Shown here in pieces: positions 51,602 through 61,461 of a stretch of DNA of 64,000 nt. The DNA is taken from positions 128,001 through 192,000 of the forward strand of contig JBFXLE010000001.1 in the NCBI GenBank assembly GCA_050173015.1. The letters run 5' to 3'. Numbering within the stretch: the stretch's first letter is position 1; the number at the start of each line of letters is the position of its first letter. The notes beneath the pieces were generated by a model, which was not told the DNA's origin, ran no database searches, and saw only the letters and a list, made by a program, of their open reading frames with translations. The DNA is from Calditrichaceae bacterium (GTDB lineage Bacteria > Calditrichota > Calditrichia > Calditrichales > JBFXGD01). The translations under genes were made by a program, and so were the position numbers.

Positions 51602-52389
51602 AGAAATCTGATTATCATATTCATACCAAATTATGTAAACACGCAGAAGGTGAAATGGAGGCTTATGTTGAGCGGGCCATTGAAAAGGGGCTGGGTGAAA
51701 TTGCTTTTACGGACCACATACCCCTGCCGGATCAATTCGACATCGCGCATCGCATGGAGCTTCATGAACTTGATGGGTATCTCGAAAAAATTTTTAAATT
51801 AAAAAAACAGTATCCGGATATCAACATTAAAGCGGGAATTGAGGCGGACTATTACGAAGGATTTGAACCATTTCTCGACAAACTATTATCATCCCGGCCG
51901 TTCGACATTGTAATTATGTCCGTTCATTTTATAAAGGGATGGGACAACGGGAACTGGGCGTTTAAATATGATTTTCCGGGAAAAAGTATTAAGCAAATCT
52001 ATTCAGAATATCTGAGTGCCGTGATGAAAGGTATTAAAACAGGGCTGTTTAATGTAGTAGGCCATCTGGATTTGATCAAATCATTTGGACATCCTTTGCT
52101 TGAGACAAATACAAATGAAGTTGAAATGATTTTTAAACTTGTAAATAAGATGAATATGGCGGTTGAACTGAACACATCGGGTCTGCGGAAAAAAATCGGA
52201 GAAGTCTATCCCAATCTCTCCTTTATTCCTCTCCTGGAGGCCAATAATATTCCTGTTACCCTGGGGTCTGATGCGCATAAGCCGGAAGATACGGGATTTT
52301 ATTTTGATGAGATCCTTGTTAAACTTTCTGAATTCCGGAATATCAGATTTGCGTCCTTTGATAAGAGAAAAATGTTCACGAATAAATAA
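51598..52389 (+). CDS. PHP-family histidinol-phosphatase (HisJ-like)
   Basis: DYHIHTKLCKHA, FTDH, GHLDL, ELNTSG, GSDAH. Confidence 0.88.
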   Translation: MKKSDYHIHTKLCKHAEGEMEAYVERAIEKGLGEIAFTDHIPLPDQFDIAHRMELHELDGYLEKIFKLKKQYPDINIKAGIEADYYEGFEPFLDKLLSSRPFDIVIMSVHFIKGWDNGNWAFKYDFPGKSIKQIYSEYLSAVMKGIKTGLFNVVGHLDLIKSFGHPLLETNTNEVEMIFKLVNKMNMAVELNTSGLRKKIGEVYPNLSFIPLLEANNIPVTLGSDAHKPEDTGFYFDEILVKLSEFRNIRFASFDKRKMFTNK

Positions 52390-52412
52390 TCATAAAGATG
52401 TAAGGGAGTAAA

Positions 52413-52829
52413 ATGAGTTCATTATGGACAAAAGTAAACAGGAATATTCCTGAGATACTTAAGCGCTACCGTCATATAGCTGTGATCGGGCTCTCCAATA
52501 AAACCCACCGCCCAAGCTACCAGGTTTCAGAATATATGAAGGCGAATGGGTACACCATTTATCCCGTGAATCCGAACTGTGATGAAGTTCTGGGTATAAA
52601 ATGTGTGGGAAGTCTAAAAGAAATTGAACAAAAAATAGAGATTGTCGATATTTTCCGCCGTTCGGAAGAAGTATTACCCATAGTGGAAGAAGCGATCGCT
52701 ATAAATGCCCGTGTAATCTGGATGCAGCTTGGGGTGATCAATGAAGATGCTGCCCAAATGGCTCTGGATGCCGGACTTGATGTTGTCATGGATCGTTGTA
52801 TCAAGATCGAGTATGGCGCCAATGATTAG
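52413..52829 (+). CDS. CoA-binding protein (YccU family)
   Basis: IAVIGLS, YPVNP, VDIFRRS, WMQLG, VMDRCIKIE. Confidence 0.9.
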   Translation: MSSLWTKVNRNIPEILKRYRHIAVIGLSNKTHRPSYQVSEYMKANGYTIYPVNPNCDEVLGIKCVGSLKEIEQKIEIVDIFRRSEEVLPIVEEAIAINARVIWMQLGVINEDAAQMALDAGLDVVMDRCIKIEYGAND

Positions 52830-52877
52830 GTCATCGCTTTTTACCTCCTTTTATGAAATTAACTCCCGTCCTTGATT

Positions 52878-52915
52878 AACCGGAGCCCGGGAACGGGAAG
52901 CCGTCCGGTTTTTTT
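52878..52915 (+). terminator. terminator-like hairpin
   Basis: AACCGGA...TCCGGTT stem plus T-tract. Confidence 0.5.
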
Positions 52916-53007
52916 GAATATTTTAACTGAACTTAGCAGGAATATTTATTCCGCCTCCTGATTTATAACTATCATATCATCATGACAAAAAGAGGGAAGA
53001 ACCAATT

Positions 53008-55020
53008 ATGCGTTATTTAACGGTCCTTGTCCTGGTTTTTTTAATGCAACAGGAAGTGTTATCGCAAATGACATCCATTCAAAATATAGAAGAAGTTGAA
53101 AAACAGGTATATAATAAAATTTTAGAGGTCAGGCAGAAGCAAAACATTCATGCGCCCGATTTTCCTAAAGGATTTATCTGGCTCAATGCCGGACGAGATC
53201 TTTCTCTTGAAGAATTAAGGGGGAAAATAGTACTGCTTGATTTCTGGACTTATTGCTGTATAAACTGCATGCATATTATTCCGGAATTAAAATATCTGGA
53301 GGATAAATACGCGGATGAGCCATTCGTCGTGATCGGTGTCCATTCCGCTAAATTTGAGAATGAAAAGGATGATTTCAATATCCGTCAGGCAATCATGAGA
53401 TATAAGGTGGAACATCCGGTCATTGTTGATCAGGATTTTGAGATTTGGCAATCCTATGGGGCGCGGGGATGGCCGACTCTGGTGCTGATAGATCCGGAAG
53501 GATATGTTATCGCTCACACTTCCGGAGAAGGTCAGCGGGATATACTCGATATTTATATTCAACAGGCGCTTAAAATTTATGGCCCAAAAAATATACTAAA
53601 CCGCGCGCCGCTTAATCTTCAAAAAGAAACGCCGGTTGTAACGGATTCTCCGCTTCTTTACCCCGGAAAAATTGTCACCGATCCGGCGGAAGAAAAACTT
53701 TATATCGCAGACTCGAATCATAACCGGATTATCGTGTCTGACCTGAATGGTCAGATAATTGATGTAATAGGCAATGGAGAGGTGGGACTGGCCGATGGTG
53801 ATTTTGAGCGCGCAAGATTTAATCAGCCGCAGGGACTGGCCTTTTTTGATAATAAACTTTTAGTAGCGGATACAGAAAATCATGCTATCCGGTTAGCGGA
53901 TTTTAATGACCGTACGGTTAAAACCATTGCCGGAACCGGATTTCAAAGCAGAACACGCGTTGACAAGGGTCCGGGTCTTAAAACAGCATTAAATTCACCC
54001 TGGGATATCCTGGTTGTCGGGGAATACGCCTATATTGCCATGGCCGGACCTCATCAGATCTGGCGGATGAATTTGAATAATAATGTGGTTGAGCGCTACG
54101 CGGGAAACGGCCGGGAGGGACGGGGAGACGGCGAACGGCTAAAAGAAGCGTATTTTGCCCAGCCCAGCGGGATTACCTATGACGGGAGATACTTATATGT
54201 CGCCGATTCGGAGATCAGTTCAATCCGCCGTCTTGATTTAAAGAACGATGGCCGTGTCCGGACCGTCGCGGGAGGAGATTTATTTGATTTCGGGGATATT
54301 GACGGGAAGGGAGATCAGGTGCGGCTCCAGCATCCTCTTGGCGTGTATCGCCATGAAGATAAAATATATATCGCTGATACCTACAATCATAAACTCAAGT
54401 ATTATCATCTAAAAACAGGAAGAGTTGAAAGTTGGGCGGGAAGCGGCGTTCGCGGAAAGGTGGATGGCATATCCGCGCGATTTTATGAACCATCGGGAAT
54501 GACTGTTGCAAAGGGCAAGATGTACATCACGGATACGAATAATCACTCAATCCGCGTAGTCGATATTAAGACAAAGGAGACATCCACACTCCGATTTAAA
54601 ATTCAGAAGATAAAAAGAGAAATCACATCACTGGCAATGAAGTCCGCACCGGAAATTGTTTTACCGCTTCAAAAAATCAGGCCATCGGCAAAGGGCTATC
54701 TGAATTTTGAAATTGAACTTCCCGCGGAGCATCATTTTAATGAGGGAACGCCACTGCAGTACCTGATAAAAAGCGCGGATGGTATTCTAAGTTTTGAAGG
54801 ATTGAACCAAATTATTACGGATGATGATCCGAAAAGAAAATTTTCTGTGGAATTTAAGAGTGAAAGCGCGGGTAAAACGGAGATCCGTGCGGAGCTGCTC
54901 TATTATTATTGCAGCGATTTCGACGGAATTTGTAAAATCAAATCGGTTAAATACACGATTCCTGTCCTCATTAGCGCCGATGGCGGGAATAATATCGCTC
55001 TACATGAAGCCGCCGAATGA
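53008..55020 (+). CDS. thioredoxin-like plus NHL-repeat protein (NHLRC2/SOQ1-like)
   Basis: LDFWTYCCINC, GVHSAKF, repeated IADS/TxNHxI NHL motifs. Confidence 0.9.
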   Translation: MRYLTVLVLVFLMQQEVLSQMTSIQNIEEVEKQVYNKILEVRQKQNIHAPDFPKGFIWLNAGRDLSLEELRGKIVLLDFWTYCCINCMHIIPELKYLEDKYADEPFVVIGVHSAKFENEKDDFNIRQAIMRYKVEHPVIVDQDFEIWQSYGARGWPTLVLIDPEGYVIAHTSGEGQRDILDIYIQQALKIYGPKNILNRAPLNLQKETPVVTDSPLLYPGKIVTDPAEEKLYIADSNHNRIIVSDLNGQIIDVIGNGEVGLADGDFERARFNQPQGLAFFDNKLLVADTENHAIRLADFNDRTVKTIAGTGFQSRTRVDKGPGLKTALNSPWDILVVGEYAYIAMAGPHQIWRMNLNNNVVERYAGNGREGRGDGERLKEAYFAQPSGITYDGRYLYVADSEISSIRRLDLKNDGRVRTVAGGDLFDFGDIDGKGDQVRLQHPLGVYRHEDKIYIADTYNHKLKYYHLKTGRVESWAGSGVRGKVDGISARFYEPSGMTVAKGKMYITDTNNHSIRVVDIKTKETSTLRFKIQKIKREITSLAMKSAPEIVLPLQKIRPSAKGYLNFEIELPAEHHFNEGTPLQYLIKSADGILSFEGLNQIITDDDPKRKFSVEFKSESAGKTEIRAELLYYYCSDFDGICKIKSVKYTIPVLISADGGNNIALHEAAE

Positions 55021-55047
55021 AACGGATAGAAAATACAGAATAATTGC

Positions 55048-55599
55048 TTAAGCGTTTAAACCAAGATTCGAAGCGACCCCGCTGAGCGCGTGGATAACAA
55101 ATTCAACGTGCGCGGTGAACTCGACACCCAATTCTTCCGCACCGCGCGTAATTTCTTCGCGATTCACTTTCGCGGCGAAACTTTTATCCTTTAGTTTTTT
55201 CTTTACCGATTTAAATTGAACTTCACTCAGGGCGCGGCTTGGCCGGACCAAGGTCACCGCCGTTATAAATCCGCATAGTTCATCTACCGCGTATAGAGTT
55301 TTAGCCATTAAAGTTTCTCTTGGGACTCCGCTGAAATCGGCATGACCCAGGATGGCTGTTCGGATATCCTCAGGAATATTTTTCTCACTAAGTATTTCCG
55401 AACCTTTACGCGGATGTTCATCAGGGTATTTTTCGTAGTCAAAGTCATGCAATAGTCCCACTATACCCCATTTTTCAACATCCTCGTTAAATTTTTCAGC
55501 ATAGGCGCGCATGGCCGCCTCAACAGCGTAGGCGTGTTTTAATAAGCTGTCAGTTTTAGTGTATTCTTTCAGAATATTTAATGCTTCCTGACGATCCAT
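55048..55599 (-). CDS. HD-domain (HDIG) protein
   Basis: KHAYAVE, GLLHDFDYE, AVDELCG. Confidence 0.85.
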   Translation of the reverse strand: MDRQEALNILKEYTKTDSLLKHAYAVEAAMRAYAEKFNEDVEKWGIVGLLHDFDYEKYPDEHPRKGSEILSEKNIPEDIRTAILGHADFSGVPRETLMAKTLYAVDELCGFITAVTLVRPSRALSEVQFKSVKKKLKDKSFAAKVNREEITRGAEELGVEFTAHVEFVIHALSGVASNLGLNA

Positions 55600-55636
55600 T
55601 TTCTTTTTCCCGTGATAAGTTCCGGTGGTTGTTTGA

Positions 55637-56392
55637 TTATCCGCACATCAGGTGACCGGCGTTTACGCTTAAAACGGCACCTGTAATGGCCCGCGCCAAA
55701 TCGGAGGCCAGAAAAGCGACAGGTCCCGAAAGATCATCCGGTCCGGGGATAAATCCAAGCGGTATTGTAGAGAGGATATGGTCATAATCTTCACGGATGG
55801 CTTCAGCTGACATATCTGTTTCCACCCAGCCGGGAGCAACGCAATTGACGCGTATTTTATCGGGCCCGAGTTCAGATGCCAAAGCTTTGGTAAAACTTAT
55901 AATCGCGCCTTTCGAAGCGGCGTAGTGAGAATGAAAGGCTTCACCGCGCTGACCGGCGGCGGATGATATATTTATAATGCATCCTTTGATTTCATTTTCT
56001 TTCATGTGTTTAACAATATAGTGGGAAAAATAAAATACACTGTCGAGATTAACCTGCATGGTTTTACGCCAGTTCTCAACACTCATTTCTTCAAGTTTAC
56101 CGTATTCCCAAATACCGGCATTATTGACTAGGATATCAATGTGATTGAATTTATCAATAACTTTATTTATAAAACCCTGAACTTCCTGATAATCGCTGAT
56201 ATCACATTCGCTAAAAAAAATTTCGCCTTCAAATTTCTGGCAATCCTTTGATACGGATTCCGCGGCCCGGTAATTTTTATTATAGTTAAAGGCGACATTC
56301 GCTCCCAACGACATAAATAATTTTACAGTGGCGGCTCCTATACCTCTGCTGCCACCCGTAACGATCACATTCTTTCCTTTAAAGTCGAACAT
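55637..56392 (-). CDS. short-chain dehydrogenase/reductase (FabG-like)
   Basis: TGGSRGIG, NNAG, YAASK. Confidence 0.9.
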   Translation of the reverse strand: MFDFKGKNVIVTGGSRGIGAATVKLFMSLGANVAFNYNKNYRAAESVSKDCQKFEGEIFFSECDISDYQEVQGFINKVIDKFNHIDILVNNAGIWEYGKLEEMSVENWRKTMQVNLDSVFYFSHYIVKHMKENEIKGCIINISSAAGQRGEAFHSHYAASKGAIISFTKALASELGPDKIRVNCVAPGWVETDMSAEAIREDYDHILSTIPLGFIPGPDDLSGPVAFLASDLARAITGAVLSVNAGHLMCG

Positions 56393-56608
56393 TTAAAGCC
56401 TCCTGTCTATAACCGCGATCTATAGTCATTAACACATTTACAATAAATCTTAATTCCGCATAAAAAAAGAAGAACCGAATAAGTAAAAACACATGAAGAA
56501 TAAATCTGCTGAAAATACCTGAGAAATATACTTATAGTTTGTTTAATATGAAAATTTTCTATAATTTATTTTTATAATAACAGTCAAATAAAACTTACGG
56601 AGTGAGGA

Positions 56609-57097
56609 ATGAAAAATTTTTTCTCTTTGATTATAGTATCATTAATGATATTTTCAATTTTTAGCTGCAGTGGTGAAAATAAAGAAGTGAAAGAAGAAAA
56701 ATCACTAAAATCAGAAACAAAGAAGGAAACAATTATGCCAATTTCAATTCCGGATGACGCCATAACCACCAATTCAGGTTTAAAATATGTTGAGATTAAA
56801 GAGGGTGACGGCGCGCAGCCTCAGAAGGGTAATACAGTTGTTGTCCACTATACGGGCTGGCTGCTTGACGGCAAAAAATTTGACAGTTCGGTGGACAGGA
56901 ACCAGAAGTTTGAGTTCGTTTATGGTGTCGGGCAGGTGATCAGGGGCTGGGACGAAGGTCTTTCAACCATGAAAGTCGGCGGGAAACGTAAACTCTTCAT
57001 ACCTTCCGAACTCGGTTATGGACCAAGAGGCGCCGGCGGCGTTATTCCACCAAACGCCACACTGGTCTTTGATGTTGAATTATTTGATATCAAATAA
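56609..57097 (+). CDS. FKBP-type peptidyl-prolyl isomerase, probable lipoprotein
   Basis: Lipobox-like IFSC; VHYTGWL, FDSS, VIRGWDEG, IPPNATLVF. Confidence 0.93.
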   Translation: MKNFFSLIIVSLMIFSIFSCSGENKEVKEEKSLKSETKKETIMPISIPDDAITTNSGLKYVEIKEGDGAQPQKGNTVVVHYTGWLLDGKKFDSSVDRNQKFEFVYGVGQVIRGWDEGLSTMKVGGKRKLFIPSELGYGPRGAGGVIPPNATLVFDVELFDIK

Positions 57098-57102
57098 AAA
57101 TT

Positions 57103-57131
57103 GGCTCACCGCTTCGGTGAGCTTTTTTTTT
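57103..57131 (+). terminator. intrinsic terminator
   Basis: GCTCACCG-CTT-CGGTGAGC plus T9. Confidence 0.85.
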
Positions 57132-57134
57132 AGT

Positions 57135-59141
57135 TCACTTTTTACCATCGGATTTGAATAAATGACGGTATCCGAGCTCAGTCAGCTCGAGAACGGGGTA
57201 ATTCCCGGCGCTTTTGGCCAAAAAACCTTTCTGCAGAGCTGAATAAATCAATTTAATAATCGTTTTTTCATTCTTTTCCATCAGGGCGCCGAAAAACGGG
57301 CTGCGATCTATCTTTTTATCTCTAAACCGGTCTTCGTCTATACCTTTTAATATACTGCTAAAAGTTGTTACACCGAATTTACCGTCGAACTCCTCGATAC
57401 ACCCCAATATGAGTGAAAAATCATTGTGATCATGTCGTGATTTATCCACGGATTCAGATTCAGGAGACTGCCAGTCGAGACAATAATCACAGCCGCCGCA
57501 CTTATCATTTTGATATTCTTCGCCAAAATAACCAAGAATATATTTTCTGCGGCAATGAAATCCATGGACATAAGATTCCACATCATTGATCCGGTCTAAT
57601 TGCCGGGTTCTTTGTGTATCATAGGCAGCAAAATCGATTGCTATTTTGGACCATGGAGTTTTACTTGACGTTAACTCAATTCCCCGTCCCCGGAATGGAG
57701 GAATATATAATAGTATATTTTTTGAAGCCAGTTCTCTCATGGTGTGGGAAAACTGATCCGCTGTGATATCCAGTTCGCTGAGAGGATCTTGCAATGGTGT
57801 GTAATCATCGCTTCTGTTCGAAAGCCATTCAAGAACCTTTTTTTGAAGTGGAGCTCTCTTTATCTTTTTTGAGGCAGTTTGATAATCCTCCAGTATTTCA
57901 AACCGAAAATGAAGAACTTGCCTGGCCATACGTTTCAGTATTCCATGACGTTCAAATAACAGAACAGCTGAACCGATCTGCAGGTCGTTGCATTTGATTG
58001 CCGACCCGATTTCAGTATATGTCAGCAAAATCTGTTTTTTATCTAAACTGAATAAGTAATCGTATATTTTTTTAAGTACCTCTTCAGAAGGGAAGCCGTT
58101 ATTAATTAAAAACTCCTGAATCTTTCTGTCCTTATAACTATAAAACAGAAGGCAGTATGAAGTCTTGCCGTCTCTTCCGGCCCTGCCGGCTTCCTGGTAA
58201 TACGCTTCCATGGATCCGGGCATATTATAATGGATAACAAACCGCACATCAGCTTTATCAATACCCATTCCGAAGGCGTTGGTGGCAACAATAACGCGGG
58301 TTTGACCGCTTAACCACTGATTCTGAGCTGAATCCCTTGATTTTTTCTCCATTCCTCCGTGATATCCCGCGCATGAGATGTGATTTTCTTTCAACAGGAG
58401 ACTAACTTCCTGTACACCTTTTTTGGTTGAGACATAAACAATTCCTGATCCCTTTACGGACAAAGCGATTCGGATCAATTCGCGTTTTTTCTGGTCTTCG
58501 GACATATCAATAGCAAAATATTTAAGATTCGGACGGTCAAATCCGGTAATGTAAACATGAGGATTCATCAGTCCGAGTTGCGACAAAATATCCTTCTGAA
58601 CATCCACTGTTGCTGTCGCTGTAAGGGCAATTACGGTGGGATTTCCCAGAGACTCGATTACTTTGCGGAGTTTGAGATAAGAAGGTCTGAAATCATGTCC
58701 CCACTGAGAGATACAATGCGCTTCATCAACCGCTACAAGAGAAACTTCAATCTGACTGATAAGCTTGCTGAAAGACGAGACATGAAATCTTTCAGGCGCA
58801 ATATAAATCAGCTTATATTTTCCGTCGCGTACATCCCGGATGCGGGATTCGGTCTCATGGTAACTGAGAGTGCTGTTTATAAATGTCGCTGAGATGGCCA
58901 GTTTCTCAAGACTTTCAACCTGATCCTTCATAAGAGCGATAAGTGGGGAAACAACCAGTGTAACTCCGGGCAGCATCAGCGCGGGAACCTGGTAACACAA
59001 CGATTTACCGCTTCCGGTCGGCATGACCACCAGCGTATCTTTTCGCGATACTACGGAATTAATAATATCTTTTTGCGAAGGACGGAAATCAGAAAAATTA
59101 AAATGTTTTTTCAGAATTTCCCGGGCGTTTTTCAGACTCAT
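57135..59141 (-). CDS. recQ: RecQ family helicase (no HRDC domain evident)
   Basis: MPTGSGKSLCYQ, DEAHCISQWGHDFRPSY, QEAGRAGRDG, CRR...CGGCDYC. Confidence 0.92.
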   Translation of the reverse strand: MSLKNAREILKKHFNFSDFRPSQKDIINSVVSRKDTLVVMPTGSGKSLCYQVPALMLPGVTLVVSPLIALMKDQVESLEKLAISATFINSTLSYHETESRIRDVRDGKYKLIYIAPERFHVSSFSKLISQIEVSLVAVDEAHCISQWGHDFRPSYLKLRKVIESLGNPTVIALTATATVDVQKDILSQLGLMNPHVYITGFDRPNLKYFAIDMSEDQKKRELIRIALSVKGSGIVYVSTKKGVQEVSLLLKENHISCAGYHGGMEKKSRDSAQNQWLSGQTRVIVATNAFGMGIDKADVRFVIHYNMPGSMEAYYQEAGRAGRDGKTSYCLLFYSYKDRKIQEFLINNGFPSEEVLKKIYDYLFSLDKKQILLTYTEIGSAIKCNDLQIGSAVLLFERHGILKRMARQVLHFRFEILEDYQTASKKIKRAPLQKKVLEWLSNRSDDYTPLQDPLSELDITADQFSHTMRELASKNILLYIPPFRGRGIELTSSKTPWSKIAIDFAAYDTQRTRQLDRINDVESYVHGFHCRRKYILGYFGEEYQNDKCGGCDYCLDWQSPESESVDKSRHDHNDFSLILGCIEEFDGKFGVTTFSSILKGIDEDRFRDKKIDRSPFFGALMEKNEKTIIKLIYSALQKGFLAKSAGNYPVLELTELGYRHLFKSDGKK

Positions 59142-59181
59142 TCAACAGGCTCAAATATAATAATTGAAAATTCGATTTAGT

Positions 59182-60390
59182 TTAGGCGTTGTCTTTTTCA
59201 ATAGAATCGATCAACATCTCATAAAAATCCGGAATAGCGGAGTTGATCCGGTTCCAGCTCGGAATGGCCGGGAGTTCCATGGGATTGGCCAGGAACTGAT
59301 CCCCCGCGATAATAATGCTTCTTAGAAAAACTTCAATGGATTTTTCTTCCGCGTGCCGGTCATACAGCAGGCCGTTTATAGCGGCATCATGCGAATATTT
59401 TTCGACAAAGTCGAGGGCTGTTCTCAGATAAGTCGCCTTGATGGTCCGGAACAACTGATCAGAAAAAACGACACCCATGCTGGCAAGAACCCGGTAGAAC
59501 GATTTCGCAATGTCTATCGTCATTTTTGCAAGCCCGGAGTTCGGATTGTCTTCCGATAATTTTTGATGTTTATGATCGTATTGATCGGCAATATCCACCT
59601 GGCACATCTGATTCTTGGCGTAATTACGGTAAATTTCATTTAATGTGCCAATTTCGAGCCCCCAATCCGTGGGCAGACGCAGTGTCTGCGCCACATCATT
59701 TAATACAGCGACTTCTCCGGACAGAGGATAACGAAATGAATCAATATAATCAAGGTAATCTATCGGGCCTAATATCCGTTTAAGCGTTCTGATTAAGGGT
59801 GTGATGAATAATCGGGACACCCGTCCGTTAAGACGCTCGGATACACGACTGTAATAGCCTTTGCAAAATCTGAAATTCATGGTTGGTGAAGCCATAGGAA
59901 ATACAAGCCACGCCAGGAGAGAGCGTTCATAGGTTATAATATCGCAATCGTGAATCGCGAAGACCCGGGCGTCCCCGACGGCCAATAGATAGCCAAAGCT
60001 CATCCATACATTTCTCCCTTTCCCTTCATCCCCGGCCGGCAGATTTTGCTCTTTAAGCAGTTTGTAAAGTTCCTGCATTCGTTTTCCGCGGTGCCAGATT
60101 ATCCGGTGTTTCTGCGGGAGGGCAGAAAAAAAAGAATGCGCGTGGTTAAATTCCTTTTCATCGGCGCGATCGAGACCAATCACGATTTCATTCAAATAGG
60201 GGACTTTTTTCAGCTCGTCCACAATCCGGGGAAGAGCAACACCCCGCAGTTCGCTGTACAAAGACGGCAGAACAAGGGCGATGGGGCGTTTTTTGGCAAA
60301 CTGGCAGAGTTTCTCTTCAATTTCCTGAAGAGGGTGATCGGTCAGATGATGCAGCGTGGTAATTGCGCCATTCTGGAAAAAATCCGACAT
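59182..60390 (-). CDS. glucosyl-3-phosphoglycerate synthase-like glycosyltransferase
   Basis: DFFQNGAITTLH, GKGRNVW, HDCDI, RYPLSGE, DWGLEIG, YDHKHQ; adjacent to an MpgP-family phosphatase. Confidence 0.75.
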   Translation of the reverse strand: MSDFFQNGAITTLHHLTDHPLQEIEEKLCQFAKKRPIALVLPSLYSELRGVALPRIVDELKKVPYLNEIVIGLDRADEKEFNHAHSFFSALPQKHRIIWHRGKRMQELYKLLKEQNLPAGDEGKGRNVWMSFGYLLAVGDARVFAIHDCDIITYERSLLAWLVFPMASPTMNFRFCKGYYSRVSERLNGRVSRLFITPLIRTLKRILGPIDYLDYIDSFRYPLSGEVAVLNDVAQTLRLPTDWGLEIGTLNEIYRNYAKNQMCQVDIADQYDHKHQKLSEDNPNSGLAKMTIDIAKSFYRVLASMGVVFSDQLFRTIKATYLRTALDFVEKYSHDAAINGLLYDRHAEEKSIEVFLRSIIIAGDQFLANPMELPAIPSWNRINSAIPDFYEMLIDSIEKDNA

Positions 60391-60413
60391 GTAAATCTCC
60401 TTTATTTTAGGGA

Positions 60414-61280
60414 TTAGTCATGCGGAGACAATTTTATAAGCTTAATTATGGCCTCATTCCATCCTGCCGGTCCGATGCTGTTTGTCAGAAGCAGATTTTT
60501 ATGATGGATACCGGTTTGGTGAACACCGGTTTTCTTCTTAACCAGCACAGCAAAATCGGTCGCAAGAAGCAATTCGCGATCATTCAGGCTGTCGCCGATA
60601 CCGATCGTCGAAAAAATTTCATCACTATATTGATGACGGTAAAGACTAATTAATTTCTTAACTGCAATACCTTTATCTGTGTTCCCGATCAGGTGATAAA
60701 ATCGATTGCCGCGCAACAGCCGGAATCCACGAGTCCTTGCAAAATCATTGATATCTTCAAGGTTTCCGGGACTCTTTAAAAACACAAAGGGTTCACTGTA
60801 CAAACGGGTTTTAGCCATTTCCGAATCAGCTTTTGAAAAGCCGGTATAATGAGCGATTTCATCCGTTGTCATCTCATGAAAACCTTTCAGGGTCAATCCA
60901 AACCGCTGTTTGATTTTGTCCAAAAACTTGATAATCGATTCATAAGATTTTCCAAGTTCAAGAACATCGTACTCATCATTAAATGATGTTCCTCCTGTTT
61001 CAATATTAAAGTAGTCTTTCCTAAAAAAAACAGCGCTTCCGTTTTCAACAATCAGCGGTCCGGAAAGACCGCATTTTTTAGAGATTTCCAATACTTCCGT
61101 ATAGGTCTTACTCGTACACGGAATGACCGGAATATCCCTGTTTTTAAGATACTGCAGGGATTCCCTGGCAAGGTCAAATGAGTAAGTGTCGACATCCAGA
61201 AGGGTGCCGTCCAAATCTGTAAAAACGAACCAGTAGATATTAGCCATCCTTATCATGTTACGTGAACTGTTTCCGGTCAT
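60414..61280 (-). CDS. mannosyl/glucosyl-3-phosphoglycerate phosphatase (HAD IIB)
   Basis: FTDLDGTLLD, CTSKT, YSEPF, GDSLND, GPAGWN. Confidence 0.85.
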   Translation of the reverse strand: MTGNSSRNMIRMANIYWFVFTDLDGTLLDVDTYSFDLARESLQYLKNRDIPVIPCTSKTYTEVLEISKKCGLSGPLIVENGSAVFFRKDYFNIETGGTSFNDEYDVLELGKSYESIIKFLDKIKQRFGLTLKGFHEMTTDEIAHYTGFSKADSEMAKTRLYSEPFVFLKSPGNLEDINDFARTRGFRLLRGNRFYHLIGNTDKGIAVKKLISLYRHQYSDEIFSTIGIGDSLNDRELLLATDFAVLVKKKTGVHQTGIHHKNLLLTNSIGPAGWNEAIIKLIKLSPHD

Positions 61281-61461
61281 CCTGAAGAAATAAATTTTTG
61301 AAAAAGCCGTCTTCCTATTATATTAAAGATACTCCGGTAAATAAAGTGTCAAATAATATATTTTATACTATCTGTTTTAATTAGTCACTGCCTGAACCGA
61401 TTAACCTATTTTGAGCGCAATTCTGTTATCAAGTCATTGAGTTTTGCGCGGAGATGTTTAA

